Positions 46,571 to 55,956 of a stretch of 64,000 nucleotides of DNA are shown here, piece by piece. The DNA is from a virus (Duplodnaviria > Caudoviricetes), in IMG/VR virus record IMGVR_UViG_3300030100_000755, positions 1-64,000 of that record; one strand, 5' to 3'. Numbering within the stretch: the first letter of the stretch is position 1; each line of letters starts with the position of its first letter. The position numbers and the translations under genes are program-made. The notes under the pieces are model-generated. The model was not told the origin of the DNA. It ran no database searches and saw only the letters and a list, made by a program, of their open reading frames with translations.

Positions 46571-48057
46571 TAATTGTCCTCACGACTTGTTTCAGGCTCA
46601 GGTTGGTTTGTGTCATCATCCGAAGAATCTGACGGTTGCTTAAATAGAGACTCTGTTTGTAGACCCTCCATCATTTCAATGTCTTTGACAGTGATGTGTG
46701 GCGCTAGTAGTCCTCTACGCTTGGCCTCAGCTAGTGCGACCTCTGGTTTTAGACCCATCCAATCACATAAGGTAACAAATCCTTGAACTGGATTAGGATC
46801 ATCAGCAAGGTTTAAGTCAGCACCAATACTTACTGTCGGTTCAAAATCTGTATCTAAATCTAACCAATCAGCAGCTACTTTATAGTTCTGTTCTAGCATT
46901 TGTTCAATTGATCGAATACTGATTTGAGCAACACTCAATGCTTCTGCTTGGTCAATCTTTCTTGCTTGCGCTGTTTGTCTTGATACAGACTTACCAAATA
47001 GAATATCAGCACCACTACGATGCATCTGTTCTTCAATGTCTTTACCATGTTGTCTACCAGCGCTAATCGATGTACCCGTATGCTCCACATACTTAATTGA
47101 TGCATCTTTATTGTTAGTGACAACCATGTTGTTAGCGGCAATGGTTAGACTATCTGAATCTTCTTGTTCAAAACCAGCGCCTAGTAAGAATGGTACTCTA
47201 GCTACGTGTAGGATATTAGCTTGATCACTAGAACTCTGGAAGTGCTGTAAGTTAAGCCATGCTAAATCTTCCAATGTTGGATTAGCTAAGAATGTGCCGT
47301 ACTTATTTGCATAACCAGATTGAATTGGTACATAACCCAATGAATTAGGAATGGTATCAATCAACTCAAAATCACCCTCACCAGTTTGAGGTAAAGTCAT
47401 TCCAACTGGTCTAGGAATATAACCACTAACCTTAGAATAATCTCTAGCATATATTTCAATTACATCTGGCTTAATAACACGAACAATTTCACGCTCTTGT
47501 TCTAAGAAATCTTCTGTTAGCGTAATGTCTGAATCTAGGATTCGAATATGCTCTACACTTTCAAACCCGTTATTATATGCTAAATCCCAACCAATTAAAT
47601 TCAATGGTGATATACGAGCAAGGTAAGGACGTAACCCCAAGTTACGATATGTCACAGCGTCTACACTTTGAATTGGTGAATTAGGGAAATCAACATAGTT
47701 ATGACATTTACCAAATAACAGTGCATCTTCAAATAACTCAGCAGCGTGTTCGGTAATACTTTGCCCTTGACCATTAGCGTTATACTCTAAATAACTCAAT
47801 TCGTCAGGAATGCCAGATATTTTAATGTTATCACTAAATGCGTTACCTACCATAGAGGTAATCGTTCTACGATACACATTAAACAAAAAAGACCTATTAA
47901 CACGGAGTTTATATAGGTCATCACTTTCATTAGGGTTTTGAGGCAACCATTTAGCCGCCTCTTTTCGCATACGTGGTGTACCACCCATCAACGCGAGAGG
48001 TAGTTCCCATTTAGATGCCATCTCTCTATATGCGCGTAGAGGTGTATTCACTGCCAT
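46570..48057 (-). CDS. Portal protein (DUF4055-like)
   Basis: LMGGTPRMR, WLPQ..NESDDLY..R, FLFN, NLQHFQSSSD, LHVARVP. Confidence 0.88.
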   Translation of the reverse strand: MAVNTPLRAYREMASKWELPLALMGGTPRMRKEAAKWLPQNPNESDDLYKLRVNRSFLFNVYRRTITSMVGNAFSDNIKISGIPDELSYLEYNANGQGQSITEHAAELFEDALLFGKCHNYVDFPNSPIQSVDAVTYRNLGLRPYLARISPLNLIGWDLAYNNGFESVEHIRILDSDITLTEDFLEQEREIVRVIKPDVIEIYARDYSKVSGYIPRPVGMTLPQTGEGDFELIDTIPNSLGYVPIQSGYANKYGTFLANPTLEDLAWLNLQHFQSSSDQANILHVARVPFLLGAGFEQEDSDSLTIAANNMVVTNNKDASIKYVEHTGTSISAGRQHGKDIEEQMHRSGADILFGKSVSRQTAQARKIDQAEALSVAQISIRSIEQMLEQNYKVAADWLDLDTDFEPTVSIGADLNLADDPNPVQGFVTLCDWMGLKPEVALAEAKRRGLLAPHITVKDIEMMEGLQTESLFKQPSDSSDDDTNQPEPETSREDN

Positions 48058-48070
48058 TGTATGCTCCTAT

Positions 48071-48094
48071 ATTTCAATGGTAAAAATTAGACAC
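48071..48094 (-). promoter_or_regulatory. Putative late promoter motif (portal)
   Basis: TGTGTC-13 nt-TGAAAT just upstream of AGGAG RBS. Confidence 0.5.
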
Positions 48095-48103
48095 ATTGGT
48101 ATA

Positions 48104-48376
48104 TTAACAGTTGTCTATGACTCTTACTTGTGTTACATAACAATCACTACGAGTTGGTGTTGAATAATCAAAATGTATATCCGCTATACCCGTTTCAACA
48201 CCAACTAACAATACTGATATGATCCCATTTTCAAATGTAAATGTTGAAACTGAAACTTTATTATCAGGGTTAGTTATGACAACATTTGTTAATGATTCAC
48301 CATTGAGCCAGCGACTAACCCCTAACTCAAATGCGTCAGTTTTCCCCACCTTTAATTTGCGTTTAAAGGTTTCCAT
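48104..48376 (-). CDS. Small putative virion protein
   Basis: 90 aa, beta-rich, in the late operon. Confidence 0.6.
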   Translation of the reverse strand: METFKRKLKVGKTDAFELGVSRWLNGESLTNVVITNPDNKVSVSTFTFENGIISVLLVGVETGIADIHFDYSTPTRSDCYVTQVRVIDNC

Positions 48377-48381
48377 AATAA

Positions 48382-48729
48382 TTACGCTGGTACTGTAATA
48401 ACTAGGCTATTGACTGTACTAGTCTCACCAGAAATATAATTGGTGGTACTTAGCGTAATATCTGTACCAATAACTAGTGTGATTTCCTCACTACCACTAA
48501 CAAGTTTAACTGTATCTGCTGTACCAGTTGTTGTGATTGTAGCTTCACCACCGTTAGCTGGTACTGCTGTAATGGTAGCGTTATCACCACTATTTGCCGT
48601 ACTCCAACTGGTAATAGTGTGTTCAGCTAGAGGTGTAGAACCTTCTAATACACGCAAGATCGAGCCAGCCCAATTTGTTGCGAAATCATTTGCTTGCTCT
48701 AGTGTTGCCGCTGCGTTTAAAGTTGCCAT
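48382..48729 (-). CDS. Small putative virion protein (Thr/Ala-rich)
   Basis: 115 aa; TTNYISGETSTVNSLVITVP C-terminus typical of small structural proteins. Confidence 0.65.
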   Translation of the reverse strand: MATLNAAATLEQANDFATNWAGSILRVLEGSTPLAEHTITSWSTANSGDNATITAVPANGGEATITTTGTADTVKLVSGSEEITLVIGTDITLSTTNYISGETSTVNSLVITVPA

Positions 48730-48744
48730 TAATTGTTTCCTCGT

Positions 48745-50937
48745 TTAAAGTGTTATTCTATTTGATTCGGGTGAAAGTGTTATTCTATTTGATTCGGGTG
48801 AAAGTGTTATTCTTGCATCTCTTCCTGCTATTATGACAATACCAGACTGCCCTAGTAACCCACTAAAGCTTAATCTGTTTAATTCTACATTAGCCATTAT
48901 ACTAGGCTGTGGCAACGTTATAGTGGCATCAGAACTAAATAACGGCTTAGATAAATTAAAACTAACGTCTATGTTGAATATAGGTCTAGTTGCTGAAACA
49001 ATACATTCTGTTATTAAGTTATTTAAACTAAAAGATGATTCAATTTCAGGTTGTGGTAGTGTAGCGGTAATATTTGAAGTAAATATAAATTTATCTAAAT
49101 TAAAATTACCATTTATATTAAATGTGGGTTTACTTATTAAAATATCACCAGACACATTTAAGTTGTTTAAATTAAAACCACTTGTTATTTTTGGTTGTGG
49201 TAATGTATTATATAAATTACCAGTGGTTATTTTTTTGTTTAAATTAAATGATCCGTTTATTGAATAATTTGGTAATTCATTATCAACATTACCAATAACA
49301 TCGTATTTGTTTAAATTAAATAATGCTGTAATATTTGGTTGTGGTAAATTGTTATCTATATTACCAATGATATTATATTGGTTTAAATTGAAATTAGAAT
49401 TAATAACAGGGTTTGGTAAGCTATTATTAATATCACCGATTATTTGGTTTTTATTAAGCGTGAAATTAGCGTCAGCAATTGGTGCAGCGGATGCGTATTG
49501 TATCCACTGGCTATCGTCAGTTGGGAAGTTTACGAGTGTTCCGTCGTTGCTACCAACTGTATCAGGTAGAATCTGCCCTGTTCCGCTTGATGCAGATGGG
49601 TCGTAATTATTAACAGCAACGCCAGATTCTTTTATAGTTGCGCCGTAAAAATCTATTTTTGAGTTAAAGCCGTCGGGACTTCCTCCAAAGATAGCCCTGT
49701 TGAGATTTGATAAAAAACCGGCCTGTGTGGGGGTGACAGAATAAACCAAGACACCGTTTACGCTCAAAGATGCATCTTCACCTGTTACGGCAAGTTTTAA
49801 TTTGTACCTCTCACCAAAAAACACCGTTCCTGCTTGACCTGGAGTGACACCATGCGAGTATATCTTCCATTGACCATCCCTAACACCCACCCCTATGTAT
49901 TCATTGTTTTGATTGGAGATTGAAAAAAACCTAGAGTCCAACCCCGTTCCACTATTAATCAAGATATCTATTTCGACACTAAAAGGCTGTGTCAATGTTG
50001 ATATCGACGCCTCAACGTAATCATCAACCCCATCGAACTGTAAATAATACAAATTCCCACTAGGCGCACTCGCACTAGCCGATGCATTAAACACTGGCGC
50101 GTTAAGGGTAAATGCTACATCTGCTATCGGTTGCGGTAAAGACGCGTTAGCGCTTGCACTGAATGAAGGCGAAGCGATGGAGAAAGCGCCATTGGCGATT
50201 GGTTGTGGTAATGTGTTTAATAAATTACTAGTTACTAATATTTTATTAAGATTAAACCCACCAATTAATTCTGGTTGTGGAACTGTCACCGAAACATTAG
50301 AACTAACTGATAAATTATTTAGACTAAATGTGGAGTCTAATATTACGCTATCTCTCGGTTCACTATAAAACACCCATTGGCTGTTATCAGTTGGGAAGTT
50401 AACGAGCGTGCCATCATTACCGCCTGCTGTATCGGGGAATACTGTGTCGTTTGAGCCGTTAAGGGATTGTTTGTTGTATTTATTCTGCACCGCCCCAGAA
50501 TAAAAAAACTCAACTCTTTTTATATCTACCGACCCTGTTATAGAGTCTGGTCTTATTGCGTCAAAACTTGCTCTGTAACCAGTTACATTTGTTATTCTAT
50601 CTGTCTCTAACCCATCAACTTCTAACCACAAATCAATACCATCGTAAACAATCTCGTAAACATGAAAATCTGTGTAATCTACTCCATGCGTGAGATTTAG
50701 AGTACCTTGACCAGAACCAATGAGAGTGGTGTATAAAACTGAATCTGTCAGCGTTGTCCAGTTAGCCTCAACAGTTACCTGTTCCCTGATTAGCTTTATT
50801 TCGTTCGAGCCTGTACTTGTATAGCGACACTCGAAAAGCAGCCTGAAAGGTTGCCCCGTTGAAAGGTCAGGGGTTGGGCTGCCAAGCAATATTTCTTGGT
50901 CTGTACCTCCATTGCCAACTGATAAATAATACGCCAT
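48745..50937 (-). CDS. Virion protein with two LamG/concanavalin-like domains and LPQP repeats
   Basis: YLQFDGVDDYV, duplicated NDGTLVNFPTD.SQW, about 22-aa LPQP..I...F.LN repeats. Confidence 0.72.
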   Translation of the reverse strand: MAYYLSVGNGGTDQEILLGSPTPDLSTGQPFRLLFECRYTSTGSNEIKLIREQVTVEANWTTLTDSVLYTTLIGSGQGTLNLTHGVDYTDFHVYEIVYDGIDLWLEVDGLETDRITNVTGYRASFDAIRPDSITGSVDIKRVEFFYSGAVQNKYNKQSLNGSNDTVFPDTAGGNDGTLVNFPTDNSQWVFYSEPRDSVILDSTFSLNNLSVSSNVSVTVPQPELIGGFNLNKILVTSNLLNTLPQPIANGAFSIASPSFSASANASLPQPIADVAFTLNAPVFNASASASAPSGNLYYLQFDGVDDYVEASISTLTQPFSVEIDILINSGTGLDSRFFSISNQNNEYIGVGVRDGQWKIYSHGVTPGQAGTVFFGERYKLKLAVTGEDASLSVNGVLVYSVTPTQAGFLSNLNRAIFGGSPDGFNSKIDFYGATIKESGVAVNNYDPSASSGTGQILPDTVGSNDGTLVNFPTDDSQWIQYASAAPIADANFTLNKNQIIGDINNSLPNPVINSNFNLNQYNIIGNIDNNLPQPNITALFNLNKYDVIGNVDNELPNYSINGSFNLNKKITTGNLYNTLPQPKITSGFNLNNLNVSGDILISKPTFNINGNFNLDKFIFTSNITATLPQPEIESSFSLNNLITECIVSATRPIFNIDVSFNLSKPLFSSDATITLPQPSIMANVELNRLSFSGLLGQSGIVIIAGRDARITLSPESNRITLSPESNRITL
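48748..48812. repeat. 27-bp coding tandem repeat (ITLSPESNR)
   Basis: AAAGTGTTATTCTATTTGATTCGGGTG twice plus a partial third copy. Confidence 0.85.
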
Positions 50938-51536
50938 TACGCAATGGCTCCGTAAAAGTTATCAACTAACAACTCACTATACTGCCTTGGTACTTGCGCC
51001 AGATAATCACCAGATTTGCTCACTACACCAAACGTAGTTACATGAGTCTTAACGTCTTGTACCATTGCATAGGCTTGTGGTCTGTGCGCTTCTACGTCTT
51101 GCGTGAGTATGATTTTTAGATAGCCGTTAACAGGTGTAACAGTTTTGACAGGGCAGCTACCTTTAGCCTTTGCGAAGTCGTGAGCGGTTGCGTTAGCGTA
51201 TGGATAGTAAACCTCGTTAGCTGCTGCGATAGCCTTATCTAGTACACCCTGTAAAGCAGGGTCGTTACCTTCTGCCGCTATTAGCGATTGCATTAATTGA
51301 ATGATATTCTGACCAGTTTCACTAGATTGAATCAGGTTATATTCATCTGAATCGAGGAATGCCGCAGCACCATCACCTAATGGATGAGAAGAATCCGATG
51401 CAATCTCTTTGAGTCGTCTATACTTACCAGCGGCAGCTAACCAAGCGTTCATGCTATTGCGATGAATCATTTTACCTTGCACTTCTACATGATCACGAGC
51501 AGATTGTAATGTTTCAAATTCATGTAACTGTTTCAT
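50937..51536 (-). CDS. Hypothetical late protein
   Basis: ATG 51536 with GAGGAG RBS; coupled to the LamG-like gene. Confidence 0.7.
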   Translation of the reverse strand: MKQLHEFETLQSARDHVEVQGKMIHRNSMNAWLAAAGKYRRLKEIASDSSHPLGDGAAAFLDSDEYNLIQSSETGQNIIQLMQSLIAAEGNDPALQGVLDKAIAAANEVYYPYANATAHDFAKAKGSCPVKTVTPVNGYLKIILTQDVEAHRPQAYAMVQDVKTHVTTFGVVSKSGDYLAQVPRQYSELLVDNFYGAIA

Positions 51537-51537
51537 T

Positions 51538-51927
51538 TCAAAAATGCTCCTCGTCATGTTCAATAGCACTAACACAATGATTTTCTAAACCTGTTGCTAG
51601 TTCCCAAAAGAAGTCAATAACTGATGCCATTGCTATTGCTGTTTTACTACCGTTTAATTTAAGATAACCAACTTTACTACTGACTGTAACATCACAATTA
51701 CCACCTAAGATTACATTCACGCCCTGATCAGTCCATAACCAGAAGTGCAACCCCCATCGACTCATAGTATCATTGGGTGCGAATCTAAGAATAGTAGCCA
51801 GCACGTACAAGTGCCAACCCCATAGTGTAAAATCAGTAAAAGGAATATCTGCATGAAGAAAGGCGCTACCACCCCATATTAATAATATTAAAAGTAATAA
51901 CAACTTAGCTTTAATGTTACTCATCAT
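51538..51927 (-). CDS. Membrane hypothetical protein
   Basis: N-terminal TM segments; DQGVNVILGG.CDVTVSSKVG...NHC motif; start reassigned to 51927. Confidence 0.65.
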   Translation of the reverse strand: MMSNIKAKLLLLLILLIWGGSAFLHADIPFTDFTLWGWHLYVLATILRFAPNDTMSRWGLHFWLWTDQGVNVILGGNCDVTVSSKVGYLKLNGSKTAIAMASVIDFFWELATGLENHCVSAIEHDEEHF

Positions 51928-52669
51928 TGTCGTATAAATCCGTAATAAATTTAGATAAATCACTACGCATGTTATGACTAGAATCCATTTTAACATAACC
52001 AACAAAATCACTGTTGCTAAATCTTGCGCCATAGTTATCGTAGGTGACTTTTTCGATTAAATCAGCTAATCCATCATCACGTTTCTTAGCTGAATAACGT
52101 TGCTTACTATCACCCACTACTACGACTTTAGTGCCTTTACCAGCACGTTCCATACATAGCTTTAAGATATTAGGTGACATGGTTTGTGCTTCTTCAATCA
52201 GCACTAGAGAATCGTCAATTGTAGCACCAAGAAGATAGTTTGGAATATCCAACACAATGTTTCCATTAGACAAGTCATTTTCGAGTTTGTTGTTGGACAT
52301 GAATTGTTGGAATAACTTTTTCATACTCTGCATGTGAGCAGTAAGTTTGTCTGATTTAGAGCCTGATAGATAACCTATTTGATCATCAGCGGATTCGGAG
52401 GGGTTTTTAATGAGGACTATTTTACGGAATGTACCTCTGCGGTATTCTTGAATAGCTTTGTAAATTACTGTTGAACTTTTCCCGGTCCCTGATGGCGCAT
52501 CAACAATAGTGAGGTCATGTCTATCTATGGAGTCAATTATATCACACTGTCTCCCATTGGGTTTATACCAATCTAAATTCCATCCTGTATCATGCTTACT
52601 TGTTCTAACTAAGTTTAATTCGGCCTTACGACTTTGTGTGTTTTTACGTTTAGCACCAGATCTCGACAT
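51917..52669 (-). CDS. phoH: PhoH-family ATPase
   Basis: DAPSGTGKS, IGYLSG, IEEAQTM, VVVGDSKQ. Confidence 0.9.
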   Translation of the reverse strand: MSRSGAKRKNTQSRKAELNLVRTSKHDTGWNLDWYKPNGRQCDIIDSIDRHDLTIVDAPSGTGKSSTVIYKAIQEYRRGTFRKIVLIKNPSESADDQIGYLSGSKSDKLTAHMQSMKKLFQQFMSNNKLENDLSNGNIVLDIPNYLLGATIDDSLVLIEEAQTMSPNILKLCMERAGKGTKVVVVGDSKQRYSAKKRDDGLADLIEKVTYDNYGARFSNSDFVGYVKMDSSHNMRSDLSKFITDLYDNDE

Positions 52670-52690
52670 TAATAATATCCTTGGGGTTGG

Positions 52691-52960
52691 TTAAGTGTTG
52701 ACTTTGTTAGGTTTTATACGTTTAAATTTTATCTGATTCGCTCCTATGCTTTTTAATGCTTCTTTTATTGAGGTCATAACTTCATGTGGGTTATATTGGT
52801 TGCTATGACTAGAACCTAATGATATGTAAGCAACGCCATCAACAATGGTGGCAGTGCAAGTAAAATCTCTTGGTTCTGGTTGACCCGGTGTTCTTATGTT
52901 TACAACAACAGGTTCTATCTCTACATGCCTACCACTTTTTTCTGAATAATAATGTATCAA
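52691..52960 (-). CDS. Hypothetical protein
   Basis: 89-aa ORF in operon. Confidence 0.65.
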   Translation of the reverse strand: MIHYYSEKSGRHVEIEPVVVNIRTPGQPEPRDFTCTATIVDGVAYISLGSSHSNQYNPHEVMTSIKEALKSIGANQIKFKRIKPNKVNT

Positions 52961-52963
52961 CGG

Positions 52964-53530
52964 TCAGTCCTCTGTTGGAGGTACTACTTCATCCTCGAAT
53001 AAATAATCTAACAACTCTGCTTTAGTTAATTTCTGTAATTCCTCTCTTGTTGGTTCAGAATCAGCTTCCTGCATAGTCATAGAAACAATATCACCACCAG
53101 AGTAAACATCAAACTTAATAGCTATTTCCACGGCTTCTTCTGCACTCTTACCGCAAGCCATAGCAGCAACAGCGTATTTATCGCCACTACCAATCGCCAC
53201 AGGAGGTTTTGCAACAGTATATAGCCTACTACCCTCATATTCTAATACTTCGCCTTTAGGAGTGATTACGAGCGCATTAAAGCCCTCCATTTCTTCTATG
53301 AAAGCACCTTCAATAGGGATAAATGTTGAACGCTGTAATTCTTCACGTTCTAATGCGTCTTCTAATGCAGATATGAAAACCATTGCTTCTGAGTATCGAC
53401 CAGCAATACCGACAATGTGATTTTTAACATTGAATATTTTAGTGAGGGGTTCTTGTACTCGTCTATCGCCAATTGTTCCTTGGCTATCAGATGCCATAAC
53501 GAGGTTAGAGTCTACTGCGATTGTAGTCAT
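52964..53530 (-). CDS. HslV-like Ntn-hydrolase (Thr protease)
   Basis: M-TTIA N-terminal nucleophile, ASDSQ, GIAG, AIGSG, DVYSGG; AGGAG RBS supports start 53530. Confidence 0.82.
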   Translation of the reverse strand: MTTIAVDSNLVMASDSQGTIGDRRVQEPLTKIFNVKNHIVGIAGRYSEAMVFISALEDALEREELQRSTFIPIEGAFIEEMEGFNALVITPKGEVLEYEGSRLYTVAKPPVAIGSGDKYAVAAMACGKSAEEAVEIAIKFDVYSGGDIVSMTMQEADSEPTREELQKLTKAELLDYLFEDEVVPPTED

Positions 53531-53548
53531 AAGGGTGAGATCTCCTTC

Positions 53549-53572
53549 ATTCCAATGTTTAGACTTTGACAC
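53549..53572 (-). promoter_or_regulatory. Putative late promoter motif (head of late operon)
   Basis: GTGTC-13 nt-TGGAAT. Confidence 0.5.
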
Positions 53573-53594
53573 GCTACTTTTTGTTTAGTGATGT

Positions 53595-53621
53595 GGAACT
53601 TGTGTTATATTTTAATGTCTA
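53595..53621 (+). promoter_or_regulatory. SigmaE/ECF-type promoter match
   Basis: GGAACTT-16 nt-TCTAT. Confidence 0.4.
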
Positions 53622-54216
53622 TTGTTGTTGAGATTGATTTAACAAGGCTTCGTTTTATAACTCACTTACGAAGAAGGTGTTCACTAGGCTAAGACTTACG
53701 CTGACTCCAAAGCAAAATACAAAAAGAGTATAACTGGAACATAATCAATCTACATTAATGTTCGCTCTTTGACCAGAGTTGCCTATCAAGACGTTTTACA
53801 ATTTATTTAAGCAAGATTGGCAATAAACAGTATAGTTAAGGTGGAAAGCAAGCTACGAGCAATAGTAAGTCATTAGAAATAATGCAAGAGAAGATTAAGG
53901 ATAATCTGAGTAGCCTATATCCAGTGTTTCATCAGCACTACATGACACTTGACCTAATAAGTCTCAATGAATGATAAGAAGTGGTGTGTTAAATAGATAA
54001 CTGATAAAGAACATTAATGAAATGAAGTAAGAGATAATGACATAATTAATTTTTGTTATTATAGGGAATAAAGATTAGGTGTTTACTTTCTTTTCTCTCT
54101 CACTCTACTCTTACTTAATTGTCTTGGTATATGATTAGGTTAGATATTATATGGCGTATGTTCAAGTGTAATATCCACCTATGGGTCTAATGACCACTAT
54201 TGCCTAAAATAAATTT

Positions 54217-54243
54217 GAACTATTCTTATAAGACATAGTCCTA
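54217..54243 (+). promoter_or_regulatory. SigmaE/ECF-type promoter match upstream of the sigma gene
   Basis: GAACTA-16 nt-TCCTA. Confidence 0.35.
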
Positions 54244-54278
54244 AGTATAGTATCATTAAGAACAGGAAATTATATGTA

Positions 54279-54956
54279 ATGAGTTATAGCGAAATGACAG
54301 CTAATGAGTTATGTCAAAAGTATAAAGAGGGAGATGAACAAGCATTTAACGCTTTATACGAAAGGTATAACCCTATTGTACTAGCAAGACTAAATAAGTT
54401 AGTTAAACACGAGAAAGATTTAATACCAGAAATAAGTCAAGAAATATGGTTAACAGCATCAAGATACATACGTAAGACATTTGAGTTTAAAGCATCATTC
54501 GCAACGTATCTTTATCTCATAGTAAAAACGCGGTACATAAATTATTTCAGATACCACAAACCTAACACCACAACAGAAGAAGAACATTCAGAGTATTATA
54601 AATTATTTTATGGTGGTGGTGGTGATATAGACTTTAGTCTAAACACTTATGTTGCACAAAGGCTATCATCAGAGAACCATGAAATGTTTAATGACTTTGA
54701 CCACATTAACATGGAAGAAGTAGCATGTATGTATGATGAGGTGGTTGCTGAGGTTATTGCTGGATTAGATGAACGTGAAAAACTAATTTACCAATTCAAT
54801 GAAGATAAAGATTACTCCCTAGCAGATGCAGCAAAAGAATTAGGACTTAGTTATTTTACTGTTAAATCCATATCATCTAAGTCAGGGCAAAAGATTAATA
54901 AGTTAATACAGGAGAAATTCAATGAGCAATTCAGAAATAATTATCAGAATTACTAG
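54279..54956 (+). CDS. ECF-like RNA polymerase sigma factor
   Basis: GDEQAFNALYERY, QEIWL, ASFATYLYLIVKTRYINYFR (region 2); LDEREK...YSLADAAKELGLS (region 4). Confidence 0.88.
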   Translation: MSYSEMTANELCQKYKEGDEQAFNALYERYNPIVLARLNKLVKHEKDLIPEISQEIWLTASRYIRKTFEFKASFATYLYLIVKTRYINYFRYHKPNTTTEEEHSEYYKLFYGGGGDIDFSLNTYVAQRLSSENHEMFNDFDHINMEEVACMYDEVVAEVIAGLDEREKLIYQFNEDKDYSLADAAKELGLSYFTVKSISSKSGQKINKLIQEKFNEQFRNNYQNY

Positions 54957-55125
54957 AGATTCAGAAGAACAAGTAAAAACAACTATCGAGAACAATGCTG
55001 GTGAAGATAAGGTGCTACACATCATGTCTGGTGCTATCAAACTATTTCTTAACGATGATGAAGCCATGATGATGTATGCTCAATTGGTTCGTAGTTATCT
55101 TGAGTCACAGGGTAAGGGTGAATAG
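54922..55125 (+). CDS. Hypothetical protein
   Basis: 67 aa with AGGAG RBS. Confidence 0.65.
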   Translation: MSNSEIIIRITRDSEEQVKTTIENNAGEDKVLHIMSGAIKLFLNDDEAMMMYAQLVRSYLESQGKGE

Positions 55126-55127
55126 TA

Positions 55128-55454
55128 ATGCAAATTAACGAACATACGCTATGTGATAGCCTTAAACTAGCATGGTCTGACTGTTACCATTACTTAATAC
55201 CAAAAGACGCTGCAAACGCCAATGAGGAGCTAGAAGTATATAAGGCATGGATTGAATGGTTTGATGCTGGAACGATTGACCAAAACCCCATGTTTAATAT
55301 TTGTCTTGGTTACACATTGGGTGATGGTGTTATTGATATGGACATAACAGAACTAGGAATGAATGAGGTGAGAGACATTTACCTAAAACAAGGGCGTAAA
55401 GCATTGGAATCATTAATTGCTGAATTAGAGACACAAGGAGAGGAAGATGAGTGA
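55128..55454 (+). CDS. Acidic hypothetical protein
   Basis: 108-aa ORF in operon. Confidence 0.7.
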   Translation: MQINEHTLCDSLKLAWSDCYHYLIPKDAANANEELEVYKAWIEWFDAGTIDQNPMFNICLGYTLGDGVIDMDITELGMNEVRDIYLKQGRKALESLIAELETQGEEDE

Positions 55455-55629
55455 TATTAAGATGAGTAAGGGTGACGAGGTTAAAGCTATTGTTTCTGTG
55501 GTAATGATTATTCTGTATATTATTACTGTATCTATTGGATCATTAGGTTGGTTCGCATTACTTAGCCTACCTTGTGTTGCGTATTTATGGTATAACTTAA
55601 TTGCTATTGCTGATAGGAGTGGAGTATGA
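55447..55629 (+). CDS. Small two-TM membrane protein
   Basis: Two hydrophobic helices. Confidence 0.65.
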   Translation: MSDIKMSKGDEVKAIVSVVMIILYIITVSIGSLGWFALLSLPCVAYLWYNLIAIADRSGV

Positions 55630-55850
55630 GTAGATCATCACTAGTAATTAAATCAGACGATGGTGAACATATCAGTGGTTTCGATTTCACATGGGATGAA
55701 ATTAATACATTAAGTGCTGCTAATATGCTTCTACTTAGCATTCAGGAATTTCTACAAAGTCCTGATTTAGTTAAGAAGATGAGTGAAAGAGTTAATGCTA
55801 AGATTGAATTTAACATGAATAATGGTAATGATGGTAGTGGTTTTCATTAA
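55626..55850 (+). CDS. Hypothetical protein
   Basis: 74 aa, ATGA overlap. Confidence 0.65.
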   Translation: MSRSSLVIKSDDGEHISGFDFTWDEINTLSAANMLLLSIQEFLQSPDLVKKMSERVNAKIEFNMNNGNDGSGFH

Positions 55851-55875
55851 GGTGTGAGATCATGTCGTGAGTATT

Positions 55876-55901
55876 GGGCAGCTTTTTAGTTGCCCTTTTT
55901 T
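55876..55901 (+). terminator. Intrinsic terminator overlapping a sigma70-type promoter
   Basis: GGGCAGC-TTTTTA-GTTGCCC-TTTTTT; TTGCCC (55890)-16 nt-TATAGT (55912) with TGn. Confidence 0.65.
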
Positions 55902-55956
55902 ATTTCTGTGATATAGTGATATGGATTTTGTTAATTATTATAGGAGTAATGTTGAT

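Noticed and set aside
53531-53572. GTG start for the HslV-like gene (and similar N-terminal extensions at 974, 18994, 24837, 36201, 51575, 52032, 55921)
   Set aside because: The extensions overlap promoters, terminators or upstream genes; downstream ATGs have proper SD spacing, and for HslV expose the catalytic Thr.
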